Shown piece after piece: positions 39,968 through 49,251 of a stretch of DNA of 64,000 nucleotides. Location of the stretch: the NCBI GenBank assembly GCA_964405665.1, contig CAYOOT010000001.1:30046-94045 (forward strand). The letters run 5' to 3'. The notes beneath the pieces were generated by a model. That model saw nothing but the letters and a program-made list of their open reading frames with translations, did no database searches and was not told where the DNA came from. The DNA is from an uncultured Bdellovibrionales bacterium (lineage in GTDB: Bacteria; Bdellovibrionota_C; UBA2361; SZUA-149; CAZDWZ01). Numbering within the stretch: position 1 is the first letter of the stretch; each line of letters begins with the position of its first letter. The position numbers were made by a program, and so were the translations under genes.

Positions 39968-39998
39968 GTAGGGGCACCCATTCGATTGGCGCCCCTAC
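39968..39998 (-). terminator. GC-rich hairpin 12 bp downstream of the 40010..41080 stop; member 2 of the repeated terminator-like element
   Basis: Read on the minus strand it is GTAGGGGCGCCAATCGAATGGGTGCCCCTAC. This matches the 26182-26212 copy at 30 of 31 positions and has the same orientation relative to the upstream gene. Confidence 0.6.
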
Positions 39999-40009
39999 TA
40001 TAAAAATCT

Positions 40010-41080
40010 TTAATTTACTACAGTGTCATCAATTTTAGTATTCTTGGCACTAACAATTTGCTTAATCCCATTGAATCCCAACTCTCCTAAGGTAACTTTT
40101 TCTACCCTATTTCCAATTTGCCCCAGGGCATTGGCACTGGAAAAAGTAAAAAAAGTAAAACCTCCATCAGGCCAACGTTCTTTAAAATATTCCGGACTAT
40201 CCGGATGTGCCAAATCAAAAGATCTTAAGCCATATTTTTCTACCAGTTCAGCAATGGCCAACTGGCGATAGGGAGTTTTATCAACCCGACTAGGAATCGC
40301 TACTGCTCCATGTTTTTCTACGATTTCTAAAATTTTTCCGAATTCCTGTGGTAAGCAATAATCTCTTTTTCCATAAGCAGATTTAGGAACTTCCAGCTCA
40401 TCAAGAAAATTATAAATTTCAGCACTCCTAGCAGTTTCTGGAAAAAGAACAATCAGAAAAACCTCCTTGCAACCGGCAATTTCTGAACAAACAATTACCC
40501 CAGGAAGTATTTTTAAATTTCCACAAGGATTATTACTCACTACCATATCTATAAAAGAGGCATTATAATATTCAGCCAAACCCATCATTTGCAAACCTTT
40601 AACTTCGGCAAGCCGGGCAATGGCCGGTCCCGGTTCAATACCAGCATTGAAAAAATAACCGGCTGTGCCCGGAGAATGCACCCTTAAATCAAGTAAATAT
40701 TTTTTCCCATTCTTAACGGGTTTGGCTAAAAAATTACTAGTCAAATTCTTTTTTTTACGTTGTTCATGAATAATTCTTTTATTATCTTTTGCCGCCTCTC
40801 TAAAAGGTTTAAGTAATTTTACCGAAGGATTAAGAATCATTTCTTTAATTGCATTTTTTGCTTCTTCTGTTTTGACTAAAGCATGTAATTTTTTGGGCTC
40901 TTTTACTTTAATTTTTGTCTTTACTTCTTTTTTAACTGAATTTGTTTCTTTTTTTAAGACCAGTTTTACATCATTTTTAATGGCTTTCTTCTGTAGTATT
41001 TTTATAGGAAGAGTTTTAAGAGAAGATTTTTTTACTACAACTTTCTTTTCAGCCTTTTTATTCTTTGACTTTAGCTTCAT
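40010..41080 (-). CDS. Lysine-rich (histone-H1-like) N-terminal region fused to a PHP-like (polymerase/histidinol-phosphatase) domain
   Basis: The N-terminus is KKAEKKVVVKKSSLK.... The C-terminal region DLRVHSPGTAGYF...AIARLAEVKGLQMMGLAEYYNAS resembles the PHP start DLHxHT. The first His is replaced by Arg. Confidence 0.4.
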   Translation of the reverse strand: MKLKSKNKKAEKKVVVKKSSLKTLPIKILQKKAIKNDVKLVLKKETNSVKKEVKTKIKVKEPKKLHALVKTEEAKNAIKEMILNPSVKLLKPFREAAKDNKRIIHEQRKKKNLTSNFLAKPVKNGKKYLLDLRVHSPGTAGYFFNAGIEPGPAIARLAEVKGLQMMGLAEYYNASFIDMVVSNNPCGNLKILPGVIVCSEIAGCKEVFLIVLFPETARSAEIYNFLDELEVPKSAYGKRDYCLPQEFGKILEIVEKHGAVAIPSRVDKTPYRQLAIAELVEKYGLRSFDLAHPDSPEYFKERWPDGGFTFFTFSSANALGQIGNRVEKVTLGELGFNGIKQIVSAKNTKIDDTVVN

Positions 41081-41159
41081 GACGCCCCTTTTAATAACCT
41101 TTGCTAACCTTTTGCCTGGGGTTATAAACCCCAGGCCTTAAGAGGTTTAGAAGCGCTAT

Positions 41160-42590
41160 TTAAGAAACGGATTCTGCTAAATCATTTTCTTGGCAGGGTT
41201 TTAATCTTACAGACTCAATCCGATGTGATTGAACTTTTTCTACTGTTATTAAAGCCTTAGAACTGGATTGAGTCAAAAAGACCTCATGACCATTTGATTC
41301 TTTCTGCGAATCTTGCTCTACTTCAACTTCATTAAGTATTCGATCAACAACAATACTATCTCCCGGCTTAGGCATTCTTCCTAATGTGGTGAAAATGAAA
41401 CCAGCAATTGTATCATAATCCCCCTCGGGAATATCTAAATAAAACTGGGTATTGATATCGGTTACCAATTGACCACCATCAATCAAAATTTCTCCATTGG
41501 CTTGTACATCTACTGTTTTCTCCGGCACATCGGACTCATCAAAAATGTCTCCCACAATCTCTTCTAATAAATCTTCCAAAGAAACCACTCCGTCAACCCC
41601 ACCATGCTCATCCAAAACTATCGCTAAATGCAATTTCCTTTTTTTGAATTGCGCCAATAACTGATCCACAGGCATCGTTCCAGGAATAAAATAAGATTCC
41701 CGCATAATATTTTTAACATTAAAACCTTTAATTTGTTTTTGGCTGATTAATTCCGGAACGGTAAAATTCAAAATGTCTCTAGCAAGCAAGACTCCTAAAA
41801 TGTCATCGTTATTATCACCATGAACAGGGAACCTGGAAAAACCAGATTCTCTGATAATATGTAAAACATCGTGAAAATCAGCGGCAACAGGAATGGTCAC
41901 CAAATCTGTTCGCGGAGTCATTATTTCTCTGGCAACTGTATTGGAAAGTCCGATTACTCCTTTAACCATTGCCCCACCTTCTTGATCAAGCAAACCTTCT
42001 TCGGCACTTTTAGTTACTAAATTTGTTAATTCAGAAAAAGAACTCACTTCATTGGAATAAGCAATATTGGGCAAATTAATCAATTTAGAAAGAAGACGTG
42101 TTGAAATATTTAATAAAAACAAAAATGGCTTAGTGATCAATTTAAATACACAAATGGTTCCGGCAACCAATCTTAATGTTTGAATGGGATAACTTATCGC
42201 TAAAGATTTTGGTATTAATTCACCAAAAAGTACAGAAATAAACAATGTAAAAACTAGGGTAAAAAATAAAACTATTACTTCCAGCTGCGAGCTACGTTCA
42301 AATCCGAACTTGCCAAAATATGCTAATAAATCAAAATAGAAATACTGGGAGAACCAACCAATCAAAATTACACTAAGGATTAAACCAAAGTGAGAAGCTG
42401 AAAGAGTTAAATTCATATCTTCAATTAAACTAAGTGCTGTCTCAGAACCTAATTTTTTGGTGCTTCCATTTTTAAAATCATAGGCGGTACAACGAACAAT
42501 TGAAAATTCAGCTGCTGTAAAAATCCCACCAATAAAGACTAAAAAGAATAAAAGTAAAATATTGTCGAGCAGACCTATACCGGGATCCAT
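41160..42590 (-). CDS. CNNM/CorC-family (hemolysin-type) transporter with DUF21, a CBS pair and CorC_HlyC domains
   Basis: An N-terminal four-TM DUF21-like region is followed by two CBS-like segments and a C-terminal transporter-associated domain. Confidence 0.7.
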   Translation of the reverse strand: MDPGIGLLDNILLLFFLVFIGGIFTAAEFSIVRCTAYDFKNGSTKKLGSETALSLIEDMNLTLSASHFGLILSVILIGWFSQYFYFDLLAYFGKFGFERSSQLEVIVLFFTLVFTLFISVLFGELIPKSLAISYPIQTLRLVAGTICVFKLITKPFLFLLNISTRLLSKLINLPNIAYSNEVSSFSELTNLVTKSAEEGLLDQEGGAMVKGVIGLSNTVAREIMTPRTDLVTIPVAADFHDVLHIIRESGFSRFPVHGDNNDDILGVLLARDILNFTVPELISQKQIKGFNVKNIMRESYFIPGTMPVDQLLAQFKKRKLHLAIVLDEHGGVDGVVSLEDLLEEIVGDIFDESDVPEKTVDVQANGEILIDGGQLVTDINTQFYLDIPEGDYDTIAGFIFTTLGRMPKPGDSIVVDRILNEVEVEQDSQKESNGHEVFLTQSSSKALITVEKVQSHRIESVRLKPCQENDLAESVS

Positions 42591-42792
42591 TTTTCAATAT
42601 TCTTAATTGGTGATTAAAATAAGGAAGGTTATTTTTTTAGAGCTTTGTAAGACTATTTTCATAAGTTATTTAGATTCTTAATCAGATGTTATAGTTTCAT
42701 ATCGGAAGGCAGATTTCAACTTTTTTCAATAAAATCAAGCTAACCCAATAAAATTACTGGTTATTTGCTTTGGTTTGGATTAAATAGGGACT

Positions 42793-44982
42793 ATGAATGA
42801 AATAAACAATTTTCAAGCTTCACGAGAAATTTTATGGAACATCAACACAACTTTTAATGTTGTTTTAATGTATTGCTTATTTGCCGTTTCGCTACTGCTT
42901 TGTGGTTATGGAATATATCGGAGGATTCTTCTCTGGTCATTGGGAAAACCGGAGAAACGGAAAATTAAAAACCTTCCCTCGGCTCTAGTATTCTTTTTTA
43001 AAAATATTATCGGACAAAAAACTGTCAACAGAGATAAAAAAGTTGCTTTGTTCCATGCGCCAATTTTCTACGGTTTCCTCGTTCTGCTTTTTACTACAAC
43101 CATGGTTTTTTTGGATCACGATCTGGGAATAGAAATCTATCGGGGACATTTTTATTTGGCTGTTACAATTCTTAGTGACTTATTTGGCCTCTTCTTAATT
43201 CTCGGAGTTCTTAAGGCCTATCATCGCCGCTACATTCAAAAGCCCGATCGTTTGCACCGCCAGCAAGGCGACCTGGTGATGCTGGGATTTTTATTAGTCT
43301 TATGTCTCCAAGGATTTTTGCTGGAATCTTTAAGAATCAAGGCGACAGAAGATCCCTGGAGAGAATATTCTTTTATTGGTAATTTACTCTCCCATTTGTT
43401 TTGGGGTTTAAGCGTTGATTCGATAAAACTTCTGCACTATCTTACTTGGTGGTCACACACTCTTACTGTTTTTGCTTTTATTGCTTACATCCCTTATTCC
43501 AAATTTTTTCATATTTTCAGCAGCAGTGTTAATTTATTTTTTAATGACCGCGGTCAACCTAAAGGCGCGCTTCGTTATCCAGGAGATATCGAAGCGATCA
43601 TGGAAAAAGCAGCTGAATCCACAGAGGATGATGCTTTTAAAATCGGTGTTTCCACAATTAAAGATTTAAGCTGGAAACAATTGCTGGACCTAGATGCTTG
43701 CACCTCTTGCGGTCGTTGTCAGGAGGTTTGTCCGGCATATAATTCCGGCAAACCTTTATCTCCCAAATGGTTAATTCTAGATAGTAGAAACCATCTCTTG
43801 AAATTACATGCCGCTGAAAAATTCACTCCTGAAGGAATGATCCCTGCTTTGGACAAAACGGATCAATTTTTGCTTAAAAATTTAATGTTAGATGACAATT
43901 CCGATCTGCAAAAGGCAAATAATCCCTTGGTACAAAATGCTGCTTTGAATATCGGATTAGATCCGGAACATAAGCTTGCTACTGAGGTTTTAGAGGAAAA
44001 TGTTTTTTGGTCCTGCACCAGCTGTCGCGCTTGCATGGAAGTTTGTCCTGTCGGAATCGAGCATGTTGATTATATTATGGATGTTAGAAGATCAATGGCC
44101 TTGATGGAAGGAACTATTCCTCAAGAAGCCCAAAGCAGTCTACGTTCCATTGAAACAAGAGGAAATCCTTTTGGTCCGGCCAATGAAAGAGCAAATTGGA
44201 CCGAAGGTTTAAATGTTAGAATATTAAATGAGGGAGATGAGGCTGATGTTTTATATTGGGTGGGCTGTGTTTCCTCTTTCGATAAACGAAAACAAAAAAT
44301 TGCCAAATCCCTTGCTGCCATTCTCAATGCCGCAGGAATCAAATGGGGGATTTTAGGCAACAAAGAATGCTGCACCGGGGATCCTGCAAGAAGATTAGGA
44401 GAGGAAAACCTTTTCCAAAGTTCAGTTAAAAAAAATATCGATACTCTCAGTAAAATAAAATTTAAAACTCTGCTCACCAATTGCCCCCACTGTTTTAACA
44501 GTCTGAAAAATGAATATTCGCAAATTTCCGATCTCTTTGAAAAAAATTCCGTGCAAATTATGCATCATGCTCACTACATCCAGGAATTAATTAAAAACGA
44601 AAAAATCAAATTCAACAAGGTTCTCGATCAGGATTATACCTTTCATGATCCCTGCTATTTAGGACGTTACAATGATCAATACGATCAGCCTCGGGACGTG
44701 CTAATCAGCATTGGTCGGAAAAAGCCCAAAGAGATGAAAGATTCCAGAGAAAAAGGAATGTGTTGCGGAGCAGGCGGCGGACATTACTGGATGGACTTAA
44801 AAATTGGCGAAAGAGTCAATGTTTTAAGGGCCGATCAAGCCGCTGCAACAAATGCTTCAATAGTAGCGACAGCTTGCCCATTTTGTCTACAAATGCTAGA
44901 AGACGGCGTCAAAACAACCAATAGAGAAGAGCAAATGACGGTAAAAGATATCGCCGAACTCGTCCTAGAATCAATGGAATAA
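42793..44982 (+). CDS. Membrane-anchored Fe-S oxidoreductase: a cytochrome-b-like (NarI/DsrM-like) TM domain fused to an HdrD/DsrK/GlpC-like domain
   Basis: The N-terminus has 5 to 6 TM helices with conserved His. Two 4Fe-4S motifs are present (CTSCGRCQEVCP, CTSCRACMEVCP), plus two Cys-rich CCG-type segments (CCTGDP...CPHC; MCCGAGGG...CPFC). Confidence 0.65.
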   Translation: MNEINNFQASREILWNINTTFNVVLMYCLFAVSLLLCGYGIYRRILLWSLGKPEKRKIKNLPSALVFFFKNIIGQKTVNRDKKVALFHAPIFYGFLVLLFTTTMVFLDHDLGIEIYRGHFYLAVTILSDLFGLFLILGVLKAYHRRYIQKPDRLHRQQGDLVMLGFLLVLCLQGFLLESLRIKATEDPWREYSFIGNLLSHLFWGLSVDSIKLLHYLTWWSHTLTVFAFIAYIPYSKFFHIFSSSVNLFFNDRGQPKGALRYPGDIEAIMEKAAESTEDDAFKIGVSTIKDLSWKQLLDLDACTSCGRCQEVCPAYNSGKPLSPKWLILDSRNHLLKLHAAEKFTPEGMIPALDKTDQFLLKNLMLDDNSDLQKANNPLVQNAALNIGLDPEHKLATEVLEENVFWSCTSCRACMEVCPVGIEHVDYIMDVRRSMALMEGTIPQEAQSSLRSIETRGNPFGPANERANWTEGLNVRILNEGDEADVLYWVGCVSSFDKRKQKIAKSLAAILNAAGIKWGILGNKECCTGDPARRLGEENLFQSSVKKNIDTLSKIKFKTLLTNCPHCFNSLKNEYSQISDLFEKNSVQIMHHAHYIQELIKNEKIKFNKVLDQDYTFHDPCYLGRYNDQYDQPRDVLISIGRKKPKEMKDSREKGMCCGAGGGHYWMDLKIGERVNVLRADQAAATNASIVATACPFCLQMLEDGVKTTNREEQMTVKDIAELVLESME

Positions 44983-44988
44983 GTCATC

Positions 44989-46788
44989 ATGAAAGCCGTA
45001 AATGAAAAGTTAAGAAATATTGCAATTATTGCCCACGTCGATCACGGGAAAACCACGCTAGTTGATCACATGTTTCGCCAAAGCGGAGTATTTCGCTCTA
45101 ACCAAGAAGTAAACGATCGCGTCATGGATAACATGGATTTGGAACGGGAAAGAGGAATTACTATTGCTGCAAAAAACTGTTCTGTAGAATGGAAAGGAAT
45201 AAAAATAAATATTTTAGATACTCCGGGACACGCTGATTTCGGCGGAGAAGTAGAAAGAGCCCTGATGATGGTTGATGGTGCAATCTTGTTGGTAGATTCT
45301 TCCGAAGGACCATTGCCTCAAACTAGATTCGTTCTGAAAAAGGCACTTGATGCTGGGTTAAAAATTATTGTTTGCGTCAACAAAATTGACCGCCAAGATG
45401 CTCGTCCCAAAGAAGTGCTAGATGAAATCTATGATCTTTTTATTGATCTCGATGCAACTGATGAACAAATCAATTTCCCTGTTATTTATGCAATTGGCCG
45501 GGAAGGCATCGCCAAAAATTCTTTGGAAGAAGAAGCAAAAGATCTGAGCGCTCTTTTTGACAAAGTTCTGGAAATTATTCCCGGACCAACTTATTCCCCA
45601 GCAGAACCTTTCCAAATGCTGGTGCTTAATCTTGCCTACTCCGATTATTTAGGAAGATTGGCTGTGGGTAGAGTATTTAATGGCAGCGCTAAGAAAAATG
45701 AGGGTTTAGTTTGCATCGGCGAAGGCAATCATATTGCTCCGCTTAAAATTTCTAAACTTCAGGTTTATCAAGGTGTGCAATTTCAAGAAGTCGACGAAGT
45801 CCTTCCCGGAGAAATAGTAATTCTTGCCGGAATTGAAGATGTAAAAATTGGAGATACAATTTGTACGAAAGATGCACCGAAAGCATTAAAGCGGGTAACT
45901 GTTGACGAACCTACGATCTCGATAAATTTTTATGCTAACAACTCTCCTTTCTCCGGCCAGGAAGGAAAATTCGTTCAATCCAGAAAGATTCTCGAAAGAC
46001 TAAAAAAAGAAGAATTATTGAATGTCGCCATTAAAATTGAAGAAAATCCCGACGGCGAATCTTTTATCGTAAAAGGTCGTGGTGAATTTCAAATGGCGAT
46101 TTTGGTGGAAACAATGCGACGGGAAGGTTTTGAATTGATGATCGGCCGACCGCAAATTATTTTCAAAGAAGTAGATGGCAAACAATTAGAACCGATTGAA
46201 CATATTTTTATTGATTGCGATGAGAAATTCACTGGCATTGTCACTGAAAAAGTCGCTCTGAGAAAAGGTAAAATGTTGAACTTGGTAAATCATGGTTCGG
46301 GGCGGGTTCGTCTGGAGTTTTCCATTCCTTCTCGGGGTATTATTGGTTATCGCAATGAATTCTTAACTGATACCCGTGGAACGGGAATAATGAACTCTTA
46401 TTTGAGCGGTTATGAAGAATTTCGCGGAGAAATCAAATCCCGAACCAATGGCTCTTTGGTTTCCGATAGAATGGGTGAAGCCGTGGCTTACGGGATATTT
46501 CATCTGGAACCAAGAGGAACAATGTTTGTTGTTCCAGGCGACCGGGTCTATGAGGGAATGATTATTGGAGAACATAATCGCGATAATGACCTTGATATCA
46601 ATGTTTGTAAGATGAAAAAATTAAGTAACATGCGTGCTTCCGGCAAAGATGAAAATATTCTTCTTACTCCCGTCATTCCCATGACTTTGGAACGAGCAAT
46701 AGAATTTATCAGAGATGATGAATTAGCGGAAGTTACACCAAAGAGTATTCGTCTTCGAAAAGTTAAACTTCAAGCGAATCAAAGATAA
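44989..46788 (+). CDS. typA: Translational GTPase TypA/BipA
   Basis: It has the G1 motif AHVDHGKTTLVD and G3 DTPGHADF. The length of 599 aa is typical of BipA. Confidence 0.9.
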   Translation: MKAVNEKLRNIAIIAHVDHGKTTLVDHMFRQSGVFRSNQEVNDRVMDNMDLERERGITIAAKNCSVEWKGIKINILDTPGHADFGGEVERALMMVDGAILLVDSSEGPLPQTRFVLKKALDAGLKIIVCVNKIDRQDARPKEVLDEIYDLFIDLDATDEQINFPVIYAIGREGIAKNSLEEEAKDLSALFDKVLEIIPGPTYSPAEPFQMLVLNLAYSDYLGRLAVGRVFNGSAKKNEGLVCIGEGNHIAPLKISKLQVYQGVQFQEVDEVLPGEIVILAGIEDVKIGDTICTKDAPKALKRVTVDEPTISINFYANNSPFSGQEGKFVQSRKILERLKKEELLNVAIKIEENPDGESFIVKGRGEFQMAILVETMRREGFELMIGRPQIIFKEVDGKQLEPIEHIFIDCDEKFTGIVTEKVALRKGKMLNLVNHGSGRVRLEFSIPSRGIIGYRNEFLTDTRGTGIMNSYLSGYEEFRGEIKSRTNGSLVSDRMGEAVAYGIFHLEPRGTMFVVPGDRVYEGMIIGEHNRDNDLDINVCKMKKLSNMRASGKDENILLTPVIPMTLERAIEFIRDDELAEVTPKSIRLRKVKLQANQR

Positions 46789-46791
46789 ATA

Positions 46792-47133
46792 ATGCCAATT
46801 CTTTTTGGATTTTTCAAAATAAGCGGAGCTCCTCAGAGCAACGCTGATATCGCGCCTTCAGCTGCCTTGGCAAAAGTAAAAGAAGGTGCTCTTTTAGTAG
46901 ATTCCAGAACAATAGAAGAATTTAATTCCGGACATATCGAAGGTGCTTTAAATATTCCCCATACTGAAACAAAAGTCCGACTGCTAGAACTTGGCGGTGA
47001 TAAAAACAAAGAAATCATTTTTTATTGTAAATCCGGCGGTCGCTCCGGCATGGCTCAAAAAATTCTTAAAGAAGAAGGATTTCTAAATGTTTTCAATGCC
47101 GGTGCTTACGAAAATTTATTAGCCTGTAAATAA
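46792..47133 (+). CDS. Rhodanese-like domain protein
   Basis: The active-site Cys loop is YCKSGGRSG. Confidence 0.7.
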   Translation: MPILFGFFKISGAPQSNADIAPSAALAKVKEGALLVDSRTIEEFNSGHIEGALNIPHTETKVRLLELGGDKNKEIIFYCKSGGRSGMAQKILKEEGFLNVFNAGAYENLLACK

Positions 47134-47140
47134 ATTCTTT

Positions 47141-47210
47141 ATGGATTTTTCTAAAAGTTATGCCCCTCGTAACTGCCATACCTTTTTAAAAATACTGTAG
47201 CTGATTAAGA
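47141..47210. repeat. Degenerate copy of palindromic repeat family B
   Basis: TTTTCTAAAAGTTATGCCCCTCGTAAC...TTTTTAAAAATACTGTAG matches both halves of the 48301 and 60241 copies. Confidence 0.45.
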
Positions 47211-47283
47211 TCATATCATTCTTTAAATACAAAAATGATATAGTTTTGTATTTCAAATAACTTCCAAAAACAAAATTTAAGCT

Positions 47284-48216
47284 ATGGCAGAACAAGAAAA
47301 GAACAAGGTTTCTAATTCCAAAGAACCAATAAATTTAAGGCGCATTTATCCTATTGCCTATCGTTCAATTTTGCGTCGAAGTTTTGTCTGGATTGTTGGC
47401 TTAATTATCTTGATGATTATCATCCCGATCGTCGATTCTTTTACACCAGGCAACGGGACAATGGTTGATCAGGTATTTTTTTTTCTTGAAACTACAATCC
47501 TGATTTTAGGAATTATTGTAGTATGTACCAAAATTATTTATGAATTTATTTATTTCCGCCTTTATTATTACGGAATTGAATTGGAACACCTGATTATTTC
47601 CCGGGGACTTTTTTTCAAAACACGCACTTCTATACCTTTGGCCTCCCTCTCAGATATCTACATCGATCGAGAACCAATTGATCTGCTGTTTTCTCTTTAT
47701 AATCTTCGTTTTACTACGGCCTCTCCGGCAGAACATGGTCCGGTGGAAGGTTTGTCCCATAAAAATGCTTTTGATTTTCAAAACTATCTTTTGGCATTAG
47801 CAAATACTACCGTTAAGCCAGTTGATAATGAAGCGGCAAAAGAAATACTAAGTTCTTCAAAAGTAACAAAGGAACCAGGGCTTTTTGACAAATGTCCGGC
47901 AAACGTCGATCCTCCTTCTAGCGCTCCTGAAAATTTACCAGAGCAGCATCGCTCAACTACGACGGAAAATACAGAAGCAAAAAAAGTTTTATCTCCTTCC
48001 CCTGTTCCTGCTCCGACTTCTGAAAACATAGCAATGAAGATAGAGAAAGTTCCCTTAAAAGAAGAAATTGCTCCAACCCCTTCCCTTGTTGCCAATAAAA
48101 TCCTTGATGAATTACAGCATACGCAAGAAGAATTAAAAAAAACAAGAGATGAACTAACTCATGCCGAAGAAGTTTTAGAAAAAACAAGAGATAAAATTGA
48201 ACATCAAACTAAATAA
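47284..48216 (+). CDS. Membrane protein with a bacterial PH-like (YdbS/YdbT-type) domain and a coiled-coil C-terminal tail
   Basis: Two TM helices lead into a PH-like block (IYIDREPIDLLFSLYNLRFTTAS). The C-terminal heptad repeats are EELKKTRDELTHAEEVLEKTRDKIEH. Confidence 0.4.
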   Translation: MAEQEKNKVSNSKEPINLRRIYPIAYRSILRRSFVWIVGLIILMIIIPIVDSFTPGNGTMVDQVFFFLETTILILGIIVVCTKIIYEFIYFRLYYYGIELEHLIISRGLFFKTRTSIPLASLSDIYIDREPIDLLFSLYNLRFTTASPAEHGPVEGLSHKNAFDFQNYLLALANTTVKPVDNEAAKEILSSSKVTKEPGLFDKCPANVDPPSSAPENLPEQHRSTTTENTEAKKVLSPSPVPAPTSENIAMKIEKVPLKEEIAPTPSLVANKILDELQHTQEELKKTRDELTHAEEVLEKTRDKIEHQTK

Positions 48217-48300
48217 TTTAGAACAACTCTTTACGCTAGCAAATTGCTCGCATTCACAAATCCGCCTTCGCTTCGACCTTAGCTAAAGCTACGGCAAGAT

Positions 48301-48358
48301 ATAGTATTTTTCAAAAGTTATGTCCGTAGTAACGGACATAACTTTTGAAAAATACTAT
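48301..48358. repeat. Palindromic repeat family B, best copy: a 26-bp perfect stem with a 6-nt loop
   Basis: The sequence is ATAGTATTTTTCAAAAGTTATGTCCG-TAGTAA-CGGACATAACTTTTGAAAAATACTAT. Related copies lie at about 47141-47210, 57495-57548 and 60241-60299. Confidence 0.8.
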
Positions 48359-48532
48359 AAATGGTTGTTTGAGTTTTTAGCCATTGACACAACATCGATC
48401 CTAGAGTTATTTAAAAGCATATTATATTGATTGGTCTTTCTTCTAAAAAACGAATTAAATACTTTTAAAAATTTGTATTAACAGTAAAACTTGAATTAAT
48501 CCATTGATTCAAAGAATTATTTATCAATAATT

Positions 48533-49156
48533 ATGAACAAAATATCTTCGGGTTCAGACTATCGCTTTAATGACAATCCTTGTCATGCAAATCATTATCT
48601 TTTCCCCCCCATTATAAATATTTTGCAAAAGAAGGGGGCAAAGAAAGTGCTTGATCTTGGTTGCGGTAACGGCTTTCTATCAAAAACACTTTCCGAACTG
48701 GGGATGGAAGTTGTTGGAATCGATCCCAGTCAAAGCGGAATTGATAACTGCAAAAAACTTTTACCGAATAATAAATTTTACTGTATGGGGATTTATGACG
48801 ATCCCAGTAAAATAGTAGAAGACAATTTTGATGCAGTAGTTTCCACTGAAGTAATTGAACATTTATTTTATCCCAGAGAACTCCCGCGTTTTGCTTTTAA
48901 AAAATTAGCGGAAAAGGGCTTGTTGATTTTAACAACTCCTTATCACGGATATATAAAAAACTTAACTTTATCTTTACTGAACAAATGGGATTCTCATATC
49001 AGCCCATTTTGGGATGGTGGACATATTAAGTTTTGGTCTGCGGCAACACTTACACAATTAGTGGAAGAAGAAGGATTCAATTTTCTTGATTTTAAAGGTT
49101 GTGGAAGACTCCCTTATTTGTGGAAAAGTATGCTTATTGTCTGTGAAAAAAAATAA
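48533..49156 (+). CDS. Class I SAM-dependent methyltransferase
   Basis: Motif I is VLDLGCGNGFLS. Confidence 0.7.
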   Translation: MNKISSGSDYRFNDNPCHANHYLFPPIINILQKKGAKKVLDLGCGNGFLSKTLSELGMEVVGIDPSQSGIDNCKKLLPNNKFYCMGIYDDPSKIVEDNFDAVVSTEVIEHLFYPRELPRFAFKKLAEKGLLILTTPYHGYIKNLTLSLLNKWDSHISPFWDGGHIKFWSAATLTQLVEEEGFNFLDFKGCGRLPYLWKSMLIVCEKK

Positions 49157-49251
49157 TTTCCAAATCAGATCCTCCTTGACCCCCATAAAGGATCAAGAAA
49201 GATCTGATTTTCTTGATTATAAAATCAAGAAAAAACAAATTAAATTATCAA

